Shown: positions 51,394 to 62,033, numbered from the stretch's first letter. The stretch: DNA of 64,000 bases from Candidatus Poribacteria bacterium (GCA_965215265.1 OZ244048.1:3968001-4032000), one strand, 5' to 3'. Notes: generated by a model not told the origin, from the letters alone. Program-made: numbers and translations.

Positions 51394-53678
51394 CCCAACG
51401 GCCGTATGCCGGCATTGAAGCCTTACCGGGTATGCCTTACATTTGTCTCCGGCTACCGACAGGTGGCGGTAAAACCTTTGTCGCATGTCACGCTGTCGGT
51501 ATGACTGCATCAGCACTCTTAAAGACCGAGTGTCCGCTTGTGTTGTGGCTCACCCCTTCAAATGCTATACGGGATCAGACGCTGCATGCACTTAAAAATC
51601 CTGAGCATCCATACAGAGATGTTTTTAGAGCTGCAGGGTACAACGTAGAGATACGCACGGTTAGCGAGGCCCTCTATCTACAACCGCATATTCTCAATAC
51701 GAAAACGACTATTATCGTCTCTACGATGCAAGCGTTCCGCGTTGAAGACACCGATGGACGCAAGGTTTACGAGCCCTCAGGCGCACTGATGGGACACTTC
51801 ACACACCTCCCGGGCGAAACCCTCTCGGAGATTGAGCGCGACGAAAGCGGTAAACCTGTCTATTCGCTTGCGAACCTCTTATGTGTCAAGCGCCCCCTCG
51901 TCATCGTTGACGAAGCACACAACGCGCGCACGCAACTCTCTTTTGATACGCTCGCCCGGTTCAACCCCGCCGCAATCATTGAATTCACCGCGACACCCGA
52001 TACAAAGCAAAATCCTTCCAATGTGCTCTACACTGTCTCTGCTGCCGAACTCCAAGCCGAAGACATGATTAAGATGCCGATTCTGTTGGAAACCACACCA
52101 GAATGGAAAACACTCCTCACCGCTGCTATTGCCCAACGTGCAGCACTCGAACTTGATGCAGAAAAGGAACACCAAAAGACTGGCGAATACATACGTCCGA
52201 TCATGCTAATTCAGGCACAGCCACGAAACAAAAACCGAGAAACCTTGACTGTCGAAGTCGTTGAGAAATGTCTGTTTGAAGAACACGATATCCCCGAAGA
52301 GCAGGTGGCACGCGCTACAGGTGAGGACAGAGGACTTGACAACGTCGACCTCAACGATCCAGCGTGTCACATTCGTTATGTTATCACTGTGCAGGCGTTA
52401 CGAGAAGGCTGGGATTGTCCATTTGCGTACGTCCTCTGTTCTGTCGCTGAAATGAAATCCTCCACTGCTGTTGAACAGATATTAGGGCGGATCATGCGTC
52501 TCCCGAAGGCACAGCGCAAAACACAAGAATCACTGAACAGTGCTTATGCTTTCGCCGCCTCTCAGAACTTCTATAATGCCGCATCCGCCTTAGTCGATGG
52601 GCTCGTCCACAACGGGTTTGAGAAGCAGGCAGCTGCGGAACTCATCCGAACTACGGACGATAACCAACCTGTTTTACCGATTTTTAGCGGCATGACACCC
52701 CCGAGCACCGAGCCTGCACCCGCAGAACGCGGCGAAACCTTTAACGTGCCGAAGTTGATGGTCCAAGCTGAACAGGGGCACCTTGACTTTGAGGCATCCC
52801 GTTTTTTACAAACTCCATGGCACTTATCCGAATGCGACGCTGAACTCACTCAAGAGGAGTTTCCAGCTGAATTTAGCACGGGCGAACGCGGCGAAATCGG
52901 GCTCGCTCGCGACGGACGATTAGAGATGCGATTCTTCGGGGAACTCCATCAACAGATGACCCTCCTCGCCACAGATAAAAACTGGGATGCAGCACGACTC
53001 GCCGATTGGCTGGACAGAACTATTAAACATCTGGACATCCTGCGCCGGGAGTCCCTCCCTTTCCTACAGCGGTTAGTCACGCATCTGATTGAAGTACGAA
53101 ATATCCCGATAGAGGAGCTCATCCACAACAAGTACGCCCTCAAAGATGCCGCTGCCGCTAAAATTGATAGCCATCGCCAAACCGCACACCGCGGCACCTA
53201 TCAGAACCTGCTCCTACCCGAATGCGAAACACCGGTCGTTGTCTCACCGGCGCACTGCTTCTCCTTCGACGCACACCGTTATCCCTACAACACGCGTTAT
53301 GCCGGTGCCTATCAATTCCAGAAACATTACTACCCACACGTCGGAGAACTGAAGGCCGAAGGTGAAGAATTCCGATGTGCCCAATTCATTGACACGCTGC
53401 CTCAAATTAAATATTGGGTACGGAACCTTGAACGCCAACCGCTTTCTTCTTTTTGGCTCCAAACCTTAACCGACAAGTTTTACCCTGATTTTGTCTGCCT
53501 CTTAACCGATGGACGCTATTTAGTGGTTGAGTACAAGGGGGAACATCTCTGGTCTGCCGACGATGCCTCCGAGAAACGAGAAATTGGCGAATTATGGGAG
53601 GCACGAAGTAATAGCCAGTGTCTGTTCATCATGCCCAGAGGACCTGATTTTGAAGCCATCCGCACGAAACTCGCATGA
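51285..53678 (+). CDS. res: Type III restriction enzyme Res subunit
   Basis: LPTGGGKT, DEAHN, FTATP, EGWD, QILGR, C-terminal FYPDF...VEYKG nuclease motif. Confidence 0.92.
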   Translation: MHLPLKEYQERTLETLATYYQTCLQYENPNTAFYHLTQRPYAGIEALPGMPYICLRLPTGGGKTFVACHAVGMTASALLKTECPLVLWLTPSNAIRDQTLHALKNPEHPYRDVFRAAGYNVEIRTVSEALYLQPHILNTKTTIIVSTMQAFRVEDTDGRKVYEPSGALMGHFTHLPGETLSEIERDESGKPVYSLANLLCVKRPLVIVDEAHNARTQLSFDTLARFNPAAIIEFTATPDTKQNPSNVLYTVSAAELQAEDMIKMPILLETTPEWKTLLTAAIAQRAALELDAEKEHQKTGEYIRPIMLIQAQPRNKNRETLTVEVVEKCLFEEHDIPEEQVARATGEDRGLDNVDLNDPACHIRYVITVQALREGWDCPFAYVLCSVAEMKSSTAVEQILGRIMRLPKAQRKTQESLNSAYAFAASQNFYNAASALVDGLVHNGFEKQAAAELIRTTDDNQPVLPIFSGMTPPSTEPAPAERGETFNVPKLMVQAEQGHLDFEASRFLQTPWHLSECDAELTQEEFPAEFSTGERGEIGLARDGRLEMRFFGELHQQMTLLATDKNWDAARLADWLDRTIKHLDILRRESLPFLQRLVTHLIEVRNIPIEELIHNKYALKDAAAAKIDSHRQTAHRGTYQNLLLPECETPVVVSPAHCFSFDAHRYPYNTRYAGAYQFQKHYYPHVGELKAEGEEFRCAQFIDTLPQIKYWVRNLERQPLSSFWLQTLTDKFYPDFVCLLTDGRYLVVEYKGEHLWSADDASEKREIGELWEARSNSQCLFIMPRGPDFEAIRTKLA

Positions 53679-54003
53679 ACGGATTTATATCACGATGCCG
53701 AAACTCCAAACCAAAGGTTCACTGCCTTTTGATGTACCCTCTTCATAGAGAAGCGCTGGAAGTTTGTTGCAGGCGGTTTATCCACTATACACCGTCCGGT
53801 ATGGTTTCTTTTCCTTCCTTCGCTTGACAGCAATTATGTTGCATAAAAATGCAGTTTATAGTATACTGCGGCTAATATTAACTACATAAAAGGAGTTTGC
53901 AACCTGAAGCATCAGAGACAAACAACTACAACGTGAAAGTTGTCTTTGACGAGCTCAAAAGCCTCGCCTCGCGTAGGCGACGGTAACTCGCGCGAACCCA
54001 AAC

Positions 54004-56700
54004 ATGTTTAAGAACAGAGACCCAAAACCGCGCCCTGAGTACCCGCGTCCAGATTTCCAACGCGGCACCTCCGAAGGCATTGATTGGATAAACCTCAACG
54101 GTACATGGGAATTTGCGTTTGACCCGGACGATGCCGGCGAACAAGAAAAATGGTTCGCCCCGGATCCAACGCACCTTTTTCCCATGCAAATCCAGGTTCC
54201 ATACCCTTGGGAGAGCCTCGCCGCATGGGGCGAAGAGGAAAATGCTCACAACGCAAATTACCTCAGCACAAACGCATACCTGGATGCAGAGCAGGTCACG
54301 TGCGGGGGACTAGACCGCAGCGGAAATTACAGGGAAGTACCACGACACACCATCGGGTGGTACCACACAACAGTATCCATACCAGAAAATTGGCGCGATA
54401 AACGCGTTATCCTTAAATTCGGGGCAGCTGACTGGCACGCTAAGCTCTGGGTCAACGGCCAATACATCGGAGAACACCAAAACGGATATCTGCCTTTTGA
54501 ATTTGACATCACCGACAAACTGAACGCCCAAAATACGCAGAAGATTACCGTTCGTGTCTATGATGCACAAGACCACGGAGAACAGACTGTCGGAAAACAG
54601 GCAAACTGGTACACCCGCACCAGCGGTTTATGGCAAACCGTCTATCTGGAACCAAGGAACGCCACTTATATCCAACAGTGCCACATAACACCAGATATTG
54701 ATGTTAGTTCCGCCAGTTTTAAGGTTACCATAGACGGGAACTGCGATAACATGAGGTTACGCTGGGACTGTGACGGAATAAAGGGACAGATTGAAGCGAC
54801 ACACAATACCGAATTCACCGTCGAAATCCCGCCCGAACAACTCCGCCTCTGGGAACCCGACACGCCGCATCTCTATGATGTCACCCTCGAATTGCTATCC
54901 GGGAACAGCACTATAGATTGCATCCACACCTATTTCGGGATGCGCAAAGTCTCTATTCAGAAGGCACCGCACGGCGACTATCAGTACATTTACCTCAACA
55001 ACCGTCCTGTTTACCTCCTCGGTGCACTCAATCAGTCCTTTAATCCTGAAGGTGTCTATACGTTCCTCACCGACGACGCTATCCGGACAGATATTGAGCG
55101 AGCCAAACAGTTCGGTTTCAATTTCCTCCGTCTCCACATTAAAGTAGACGAGCCACGTCTCTACTATTGGGCAGATAAACTGGGGATGCTGTTTATGTGC
55201 GATATTCCCAACTTCAGCCACTACACTGAAATAGCGAAAGCACGACTGGAAGAGACGCTTCGCGGCAACATCGCACGCGATTACAACCACCCCTCTATTA
55301 TCTCCTGGTGTGTTTTCAATGAGACGTGGGGCCTCGGGGGGCGCGAATACACAGAACTCAGCGAACGCCAAGAATGGGTGCGAGAGATGTACAAACTCGC
55401 CAAATCGCTTGACACAACACGACTCGTTGAGGATAACTCCCCCTGCCTCTATGATCACGTTGAGACAGACATTAACTCATGGCACTTCTATATTAACGAT
55501 TACGCCCAGGCAAAGGCGCACATCGCCAAGGTTGTGGCAGAGACGTACCCCGGCTCATCGTTTAACTATACCGGCGGAAACGTCCAGGCCGACGCCCCAC
55601 TTATCAATAGCGAGTACGGCGGCATCTCTGCCGGGGCCGGTGATAAAGATGTAGCGTGGTGTTTCAAATATCTCACCAACGAACTCCGCCTCCATCCCAA
55701 AATCTGCGGCTACGTCTACACAGAGCTCCAAGATATTGAATGGGAACACAACGGTTTCATGAACTACGACCGGTCGCTCAAGGAATTCGGGTACGATTAT
55801 ACGGATATCAATACGCTTGACTTTATCGCCATCGATTATCCACCCGGCACAACAGTCGCCGAAACGGATAAGGTATCCATAGGCATTTATGCCAGTCACT
55901 TCTCAAATAAAACGATTAACAGCGCAACACTCCACTGGCGACTGGACACGCTGGATGCAACAGGCACACTATCCAGAGACGTTGTATCAGGCACCCCCGT
56001 GCAAATTCCGTTCCCCCAATATCATGTTGAAAAGGTGCATCAACTTGAATTTACCGTGCCTCAGATCCATGGCACCGTCGGGACGTTAACCGTATGGGTA
56101 ACCGACGAAACAGATAGCGTCGTTGCACGGAACTTTGTTAATTTTGAGTTCTTTAAGGAGAACCAAAATCCGGTCAATCCGATTTCACACAGCACCGTTT
56201 ACTATAATCCAGGCGATGCTACTGCCAACGAGTGGGAGTCGGAAACCACATGCACTGAACCCCTTTTTTCTGCACAAGGATGCGGATACACTGAATATGT
56301 CATATCCCTGCCCGACACATCAGAAATCAAGAATGGACTCGAGCTCGTTTTTGAGGCATCCTCTTCGAACGGAGGCGCACGGCAAACCGAACCTGAGCAA
56401 TACCCATCAGATGTCACCATCTCTATCAACGGTATTGAAATCGAGACGGTGACACTTCCGGATTGCCCGGCTGATGCGCGCGGGGTACTCTCCTATATAC
56501 ACGGCCAGCCTGGGATATACGGATACCTAACCCACATTACAGTTGAAAGCACCAAACTCAAGCAGATACAGTCAAACTTGACAGATACCTTAACGGTGAG
56601 ATACGAAGTCAAACCGGATGCGAAAAACAGAGGCGGGTTCGCTCTCTACGGCAGCCGACTCGGTAGATTCCCAACGAGCCCACATCTTAAGTTTTCATAA
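54004..56700 (+). CDS. Glycoside hydrolase family 2
   Basis: PRPEYPRP, NLNGTWEF, LKFGAADW, RLHIK, NHPSIISWCVFNETWG, SEYGG. Confidence 0.9.
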   Translation: MFKNRDPKPRPEYPRPDFQRGTSEGIDWINLNGTWEFAFDPDDAGEQEKWFAPDPTHLFPMQIQVPYPWESLAAWGEEENAHNANYLSTNAYLDAEQVTCGGLDRSGNYREVPRHTIGWYHTTVSIPENWRDKRVILKFGAADWHAKLWVNGQYIGEHQNGYLPFEFDITDKLNAQNTQKITVRVYDAQDHGEQTVGKQANWYTRTSGLWQTVYLEPRNATYIQQCHITPDIDVSSASFKVTIDGNCDNMRLRWDCDGIKGQIEATHNTEFTVEIPPEQLRLWEPDTPHLYDVTLELLSGNSTIDCIHTYFGMRKVSIQKAPHGDYQYIYLNNRPVYLLGALNQSFNPEGVYTFLTDDAIRTDIERAKQFGFNFLRLHIKVDEPRLYYWADKLGMLFMCDIPNFSHYTEIAKARLEETLRGNIARDYNHPSIISWCVFNETWGLGGREYTELSERQEWVREMYKLAKSLDTTRLVEDNSPCLYDHVETDINSWHFYINDYAQAKAHIAKVVAETYPGSSFNYTGGNVQADAPLINSEYGGISAGAGDKDVAWCFKYLTNELRLHPKICGYVYTELQDIEWEHNGFMNYDRSLKEFGYDYTDINTLDFIAIDYPPGTTVAETDKVSIGIYASHFSNKTINSATLHWRLDTLDATGTLSRDVVSGTPVQIPFPQYHVEKVHQLEFTVPQIHGTVGTLTVWVTDETDSVVARNFVNFEFFKENQNPVNPISHSTVYYNPGDATANEWESETTCTEPLFSAQGCGYTEYVISLPDTSEIKNGLELVFEASSSNGGARQTEPEQYPSDVTISINGIEIETVTLPDCPADARGVLSYIHGQPGIYGYLTHITVESTKLKQIQSNLTDTLTVRYEVKPDAKNRGGFALYGSRLGRFPTSPHLKFS

Positions 56701-56774
56701 TCTGATAAAGATTGACAAATTCGGATGTCGAGCCCGTTCTACACGGTGCCGACAAAAAAGGAGCTTAAAAAACC

Positions 56775-57866
56775 ATGTCAGCCCCCCAATTTGTATTCAC
56801 ACGTACGCCGAACCTAGAGATTTCCTGGCCATTCCTTCACGAACGCATGGTCAGCCGGCTAGAAGCATTAGGCGTAACCCTTGTTCTCAACACAACGAGC
56901 AGGGCACCCCTCCACGAACAAGTCGATTTGGCTGATGCAATAGGTATCGCGCACTTCGGTGGCCAGCTGACGGATGCCTGCATCGAAAACGCGCCGAACC
57001 TCAAAGTTCTCGGCGCAATGACAGACAATTCCGGGCACGGCATTCCATTTGAGGCACTACAAGCACGCGGCATTCCCGTTATTGAATCAACGCGTGCCTG
57101 GGCACAATCGGTAGCGGAATGTGCCTTCGGGCTTGCGCTCTCCTCACTCCGCCGAACCGCGCAATGGCACATGCAGCTCGCAAACGGCGAGCAGCTATGG
57201 GACTTTGAAAATCCGAATTGGGGTCCGAATAAACTCCCAGCAGCACACCAATTCTGCGACGACCCGGACTTTGTCAACGGCGATCTCGGCACAAAACGCA
57301 TCGGGGTTATCGCCCTCGGACAGATCGGCAGGAAGATCGCACAATGGTGCAGAGCCTTTGGGGCAACCGTCATGGGATACGATCCGTACGTATCCGATGC
57401 CTTACTTCAGGAATGGGATATCCAACGTGTTGATATGGACGAGCTCGTCGATCAGGCTGATATTGTGTTCGTCGCCGTCCCGCCGACACCGTCTGCCCGG
57501 CACCTACTCAATCGCGAACGCATCAACCGCCTGCGTAAAGGTGCGTTGGTTGTCGTCATCACCCGTGCCTATGCCGTGGATATGGATGCTCTACGTGAAC
57601 GCATTGTCAAAGATGAACTCGCCGGGGCCTTTGATGTCTATGACAAAGAGCCGCTCCCGCTTGATGACTCGCTGCGCAATCGCGATAACGTCGTACACAC
57701 CCCGCATATCGCCGGCAGAACGATAGACTCAAACCTACGCGTCGCCGATATGATTGTTGACGACTTCGTCCGTGTGCTCAACGGAGAAGCACCCCTAGGT
57801 GAACTAACACCTGCAGCCGCTGAAGTGAGAAACTCACCGACTCCACTCGAAACTAAAGCAGGTTAA
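56775..57866 (+). CDS. D-2-hydroxyacid dehydrogenase family protein
   Basis: SVAE, GVIALGQIG, DVYDKEP, TPHIAG. Confidence 0.88.
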   Translation: MSAPQFVFTRTPNLEISWPFLHERMVSRLEALGVTLVLNTTSRAPLHEQVDLADAIGIAHFGGQLTDACIENAPNLKVLGAMTDNSGHGIPFEALQARGIPVIESTRAWAQSVAECAFGLALSSLRRTAQWHMQLANGEQLWDFENPNWGPNKLPAAHQFCDDPDFVNGDLGTKRIGVIALGQIGRKIAQWCRAFGATVMGYDPYVSDALLQEWDIQRVDMDELVDQADIVFVAVPPTPSARHLLNRERINRLRKGALVVVITRAYAVDMDALRERIVKDELAGAFDVYDKEPLPLDDSLRNRDNVVHTPHIAGRTIDSNLRVADMIVDDFVRVLNGEAPLGELTPAAAEVRNSPTPLETKAG

Positions 57867-58102
57867 TCTGTTCGTCTGGTGTTTTTACAAAACGCTTAGA
57901 TGTGCTGTCAATGCCCGCACTCAACACAGCGGGCATGGCATCACGTACCCGAAGCGAGCGTCCCTGCAAAAATGACGGTGTTTTCCTCCTTATCTGCAAA
58001 ACACCCGGGCAGGAACAACGAAAAAAGTGGGGCAGCTCGCCCAATAGAACGTCGCGCTCGAAACCATAAGCCGCAAACCACCCGGTAGGGAACAACGAAA
58101 GC

Positions 58103-59209
58103 ATGCAAAACGAGAAACTTATCCGACCGGACATTGCTCACATGGCACCGTATACACCTATTGTGCCGTTTGAAATCCTCAGCGAACGCCTTGGCATACC
58201 ACCGCAGCACATCATTAAATTGGATGCCAACGAGAACCCATACGGCCCCTCGCCTCGTGTCTATCAAGCACTCGCGGACGAAGCATACTATCATATCTAC
58301 CCAGATCCTGAAAGCACCGCACTTCGCCACGCATTAAGCGAGTATATAGGCGTAGATACATCACACATCGTCGCAGCACACGGCGCGGATGAACTCATAG
58401 ATCTCATCATTCGTCTTTTTATTACGCCGACAGACATCGTCATCAACTGTCCGCCTACGTTCGGCATGTACCAGTTTGACACGGAGCTGAATGGCGGCAC
58501 CGTCCTTGACATCTCCCGAAACTCCGATTTTTCGTTGGATACTGCAAACGTCCAAGGAGCCATTGAACGGATCGACCGGGTCAAATTGCTGTTTATTACC
58601 AGTCCGAACAATCCGGATGGCGGTATTCTCCCTGACGCATGTCTCCGGAAACTCCTCGCGCTGCCCCTGATCGTCATCTTAGATGAAGCCTACATCGAAT
58701 TTGCCGGCTCAGCGAATCACACCAGCAGTCGCGCAGCTTGGGTTTTGGAGCATGAAAACCTCATTGTTCTCCGAACCTTTAGCAAATGGGCAGGACTCGC
58801 AGGATTGCGGATCGGATACGGGATTTTCCCACACTGGATACTTTCGCATCTCTTGAAGATTAAGCAACCCTACAATGTCAACGTCGCCGGAACAGCCGCC
58901 GCCTTGGCATCACTTGCTGATATAGAACTGTTGATGCAAAACGTCCAAAAAATTCAGACCGAGCGCGAGCACCTCTATAAATCCTTAGCCCAATTTGATT
59001 TTTTACAACCGTATCCGAGCCAAGCCAACTTCATTCTCTGTCGCGTTATCGGCAGCGATGCCGCCGAACTCAAGAACGCCTTAGAACGACAAGGCATACT
59101 CATCCGTTATTTCAGAAAACCGGGACTCACAGACTACGTCCGAATCAGTGTCGGAACGCCGGCGCAAACATCTACCCTTTTAAAGACACTCGCAAAAAAA
59201 ACTGTATAA
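58103..59209 (+). CDS. hisC: Histidinol-phosphate aminotransferase
   Basis: KLDANENPY, SPNNP, DEAY, RTFSKWAGLAGLRIG. Confidence 0.95.
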   Translation: MQNEKLIRPDIAHMAPYTPIVPFEILSERLGIPPQHIIKLDANENPYGPSPRVYQALADEAYYHIYPDPESTALRHALSEYIGVDTSHIVAAHGADELIDLIIRLFITPTDIVINCPPTFGMYQFDTELNGGTVLDISRNSDFSLDTANVQGAIERIDRVKLLFITSPNNPDGGILPDACLRKLLALPLIVILDEAYIEFAGSANHTSSRAAWVLEHENLIVLRTFSKWAGLAGLRIGYGIFPHWILSHLLKIKQPYNVNVAGTAAALASLADIELLMQNVQKIQTEREHLYKSLAQFDFLQPYPSQANFILCRVIGSDAAELKNALERQGILIRYFRKPGLTDYVRISVGTPAQTSTLLKTLAKKTV

Positions 59210-59433
59210 TAATTATTGAATTCGACAAAACAATCTGTATAATAATTATACATATAAACCACAATATGTATAAAAATTGACAAAAATTATACATATCGGC
59301 TTGCTAAAGGTAGTCTAATATGACAAAAAAGCCATAATTCACACGATGAGTCACTGTGTACAGAAAACACGTCCACACAGTTTTGTCATCCTTGCCGCGT
59401 CCGAGTATCAAGGGACGGTGGTTCTCCGTGATG

Positions 59434-59748
59434 TTACGTGTCAGTACCGTTGTCAGCTGTCTCCAGCTGCCGCACGAGTTCTGCACGCACCGCCGGAGAT
59501 AAATGAAGTCCGGCTAACCGCTCCTCGGGGCTGAGTCCTTTGACACGTTCATCGGGACTCAGGCGTGCTAACATATCGGCCCGTTCTGCTGCGGGTAGAC
59601 TCACTAACATATCGGTGCGTTCTTGAGGGCTCAAGCGGGCCAGCATGTCAGCACGCTCTTCCGATGTCAGCGCCGACAGCAGCTTCGGACCTAAAGTCGT
59701 CGCAACTTCGCGAAGACGACTCTGAAACAAATCTTGACGGCCTTCCAT
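59434..59748 (-). CDS. Predicted internally initiated small C-terminal protein (104 aa), copy A
   Basis: In-frame ATG at 59748, 8 nt after GGAGGAGG (59757-59764). Confidence 0.55.
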   Translation of the reverse strand: MEGRQDLFQSRLREVATTLGPKLLSALTSEERADMLARLSPQERTDMLVSLPAAERADMLARLSPDERVKGLSPEERLAGLHLSPAVRAELVRQLETADNGTDT

Positions 59749-60393
59749 TTCACAAACCTCCTCCGTGACTTCCGGCTGCAAATACAACGCGGAGTCAAAA
59801 TATAACGTATTCTCTTCCGTTATCACACGCCGCAGGAACGCACGAAACTGTTTCTGCGACGACGCAAACAGCAGCAACCAATAATTCGGCTCAACCAGTG
59901 CCACTTCATTGCAAATCAACAGATGCACCGGCACGCCATCCATCAACCGATAATGCCCTGCCTCCAATGGCTCCCACGGCGCCCCAAAAGGCGGACGGGA
60001 GAGCAGCACCCGCGGCTTCCGAGACGACACTATCGTGAGGGTTAACTCGGTTGCCGGCACCTGCTTATCTGCCAGATAACCACGCGCACGCATACAAATC
60101 CGGTGATACGCAGAGGCATTCAACGGGTCGTTTTGTCCTTTGAATTCAAACAGATTATGCGTGCGTAAGTAAGAGAGCAGCGGGTTGGCACGCACTCTCG
60201 CGCGGGCTGCGGCACTTTCGAGGAGAACGAGTGCATCTATACGCTGCGGCACCCGGTTGACTTCTATCTCTGTCTCTATAGAGGCACCCAGCCCAGAGAA
60301 TAGCAGGGCCAGGAACTCTTTGAAGAAAGGGTCCCAGAGTTTCCGTTTGCTTTGTGTTTCTTTAGATGTCTCTGGTGCCGTAGTTTGCCTCAT
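59434..60393 (-). CDS. Rpn-like PD-(D/E)XK protein with C-terminal helical repeats (copy A)
   Basis: WDPFFK..., RIDAL...NLFEFK nuclease-like motif; tail of LSPxER repeats. Confidence 0.75.
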   Translation of the reverse strand: MRQTTAPETSKETQSKRKLWDPFFKEFLALLFSGLGASIETEIEVNRVPQRIDALVLLESAAARARVRANPLLSYLRTHNLFEFKGQNDPLNASAYHRICMRARGYLADKQVPATELTLTIVSSRKPRVLLSRPPFGAPWEPLEAGHYRLMDGVPVHLLICNEVALVEPNYWLLLFASSQKQFRAFLRRVITEENTLYFDSALYLQPEVTEEVCEMEGRQDLFQSRLREVATTLGPKLLSALTSEERADMLARLSPQERTDMLVSLPAAERADMLARLSPDERVKGLSPEERLAGLHLSPAVRAELVRQLETADNGTDT

Positions 60394-60426
60394 CTATCTG
60401 CTTAGACGCTCCACTTCTCATAATAA

Positions 60427-60456
60427 AGTATAGCAGCCTCCCTATTATTTTGTCAA
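60427..60456 (-). promoter_or_regulatory. Promoter of copy A
   Basis: TTGACA-N18-TATACT. Confidence 0.65.
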
Positions 60457-60513
60457 GGCAGTCTCCAGATTTCGCTTCTCAAAGTGGCCTCGACGCTTCT
60501 CTCTATCCAAAAC

Positions 60514-60557
60514 AAAAAAAACCAGGGGCAGCCATGTGAGGGTGGCTGCCCCTGGTT
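60514..60557 (-). terminator. Intrinsic terminator (duplicated at 62086)
   Basis: AACCAGGGGCAGCCA/TGGCTGCCCCTGGTT stem with a U-tract on the minus strand. Confidence 0.85.
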
Positions 60558-60573
60558 TAGGTTAGGTTAAATA

Positions 60574-60758
60574 TCACTGAGGTGACTCTTGTGATTTGAG
60601 CGTCGCCCAGCGTTCGGTAAGTTTTCCGTCTGCACTCAGATGCCCTCTCAACCGCGTTGTCTGCAGCGTCTGCAGCCCCCCGGCGTTTCCAAGTATCGCC
60701 ACGGCGGCTGTTGAATCCAGCGTTGTTGAACTCAGATCCGGTTGCTCAACTGATGACG
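60574..60758 (-). pseudogene. Orphan 3' end of a secreted-protein gene
   Basis: Encodes ...LSADGKLTERWATLKSQ, resembling the GKLTTTWAKVK tail at 26747; no 5' part; followed by the terminator. Confidence 0.55.
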
Positions 60759-60812
60759 GTTTTATCATCCTTGCCGCGTTCGAGTATCAAGGGACGGTGG
60801 CTCTCCGTGATG

Positions 60813-61325
60813 TTACGTGTCAGTACCGTTGTCTGCTACCTCCAGCTGCCGCACGAGTTCTGCACGCACCGCCGGAGATAAATGAAGTCCGGCTAACCGC
60901 TCATCGGGAGTGAGTCCTTTGACGCGCTCATCGGGGCTGAGTCCTTCGACGCGCTCATCGGGGCTGAGTCCTTCGACGCGCTCATCGGGACTCAGGCGTG
61001 CCAACATATCGGCGCGTTCTGCCGCGGGTAGACTCGCCAACATATCGGCACGTTCTGCGGCGGGTAGACTCGCCAACATATCGGCACGTTCTGCGGCGGG
61101 TAAACTCGCCAACATATCGGCACGTTCTGCCGCAGATAGCCTTGCTAACATGTCCGCACGGGCTTCAGCGGGCAGCCGTGCGAGCAGATCCGCCCGGTCT
61201 TGAGGGCTCAAGCGGGCCAGCATGTCCGCCCGCTCCTCCGATGTCAGTGCTGACAGCAGCTTCGGACCTAAAGTCGTCGCAACTTCGCGAAGACGACTCT
61301 GAAACAAATCTTGACGGCCTTCCAT
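60813..61325 (-). CDS. Predicted internally initiated small C-terminal protein (170 aa), copy B
   Basis: In-frame ATG at 61325, 8 nt after GGAGGAGG (61334-61341). Confidence 0.55.
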   Translation of the reverse strand: MEGRQDLFQSRLREVATTLGPKLLSALTSEERADMLARLSPQDRADLLARLPAEARADMLARLSAAERADMLASLPAAERADMLASLPAAERADMLASLPAAERADMLARLSPDERVEGLSPDERVEGLSPDERVKGLTPDERLAGLHLSPAVRAELVRQLEVADNGTDT

Positions 61326-61970
61326 TTCACAAACCTCCTCCGTGACTTCCGGCTGCAAATACAACGCGGAGTCAAAATATAACGTATTCTCTTCTGTTAT
61401 CACACGCCGCAGGAACGCACGAAACTGTTTCTGCGCCGACGCAAACAGCAGCAACCAATAATTCGGTTCAACCAGTGCCACTTCATTGCAAACCAACAGA
61501 TGCACCGGCACGCCATCCATCAACCGATAATGCCCTGCCGCCAACGGCGCCCACGGCGCCCCAAAAGGCGGATGTGTCAGCAGCGCCCGCGGCTTCCGAG
61601 ACGACACTATCGTCAGGGTTAACTCGGTTGCAGGCACCTGCTTATCTGCCAGATAACCACGCGCACGCATACAAATCCGGTGATACGCCGATTCATTCAA
61701 CGGGTCGTTCTGCCCTTTGAACTCGAACAGATTATACGTGCGTAAGTAAGAGAGCAGCGGATTGGCACGCACTCTCGCCCGGGCTGCGGCGCTTTCGAGG
61801 AGAGCGAGTGCATCTATACGCTGCGGCAACCGGTTGACTTCTATCTCTGTCTGGATAGAGGCACCCAGCCCAGAGAACAGCAGGGCCAGGAACTCTTTGA
61901 AGAAAGGGTCCCAGAGTTTGCGTTTGCTTTGTGTTTCTTTAGATGTCTCCGGTGCCATAGTTTGCCTCAT
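60813..61970 (-). CDS. Rpn-like PD-(D/E)XK protein with expanded C-terminal repeats (copy B)
   Basis: Near-identical to copy A but 66 aa longer because of extra 12-aa (LPAAERADMLAS) and 9-aa (LSPDERVEG) units. Confidence 0.75.
   Translation of the reverse strand: MRQTMAPETSKETQSKRKLWDPFFKEFLALLFSGLGASIQTEIEVNRLPQRIDALALLESAAARARVRANPLLSYLRTYNLFEFKGQNDPLNESAYHRICMRARGYLADKQVPATELTLTIVSSRKPRALLTHPPFGAPWAPLAAGHYRLMDGVPVHLLVCNEVALVEPNYWLLLFASAQKQFRAFLRRVITEENTLYFDSALYLQPEVTEEVCEMEGRQDLFQSRLREVATTLGPKLLSALTSEERADMLARLSPQDRADLLARLPAEARADMLARLSAAERADMLASLPAAERADMLASLPAAERADMLASLPAAERADMLARLSPDERVEGLSPDERVEGLSPDERVKGLTPDERLAGLHLSPAVRAELVRQLEVADNGTDT
60895..61240 (-). repeat. Coding tandem repeats (27-bp and 36-bp units)
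   Basis: Plus-strand units CGCTCATCGGGGCTGAGTCCTTCGACG and GCCAACATATCGGCACGTTCTGCGGCGGGTAGACTC; boundaries approximate. Confidence 0.9.
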
Positions 61971-62003
61971 CTATCTGCTTAGACGCTTCACTTCTCATAA
62001 TAA

Positions 62004-62033
62004 AGTATAGCAGCTTCTCTGTTATTTTGTCAA
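62004..62033 (-). promoter_or_regulatory. Promoter of copy B
   Basis: TTGACA-N18-TATACT. Confidence 0.65.

Noticed and set aside
60895-61240. CRISPR array
   Set aside because: Repeats are contiguous, frame-preserving coding units with no unique spacers.
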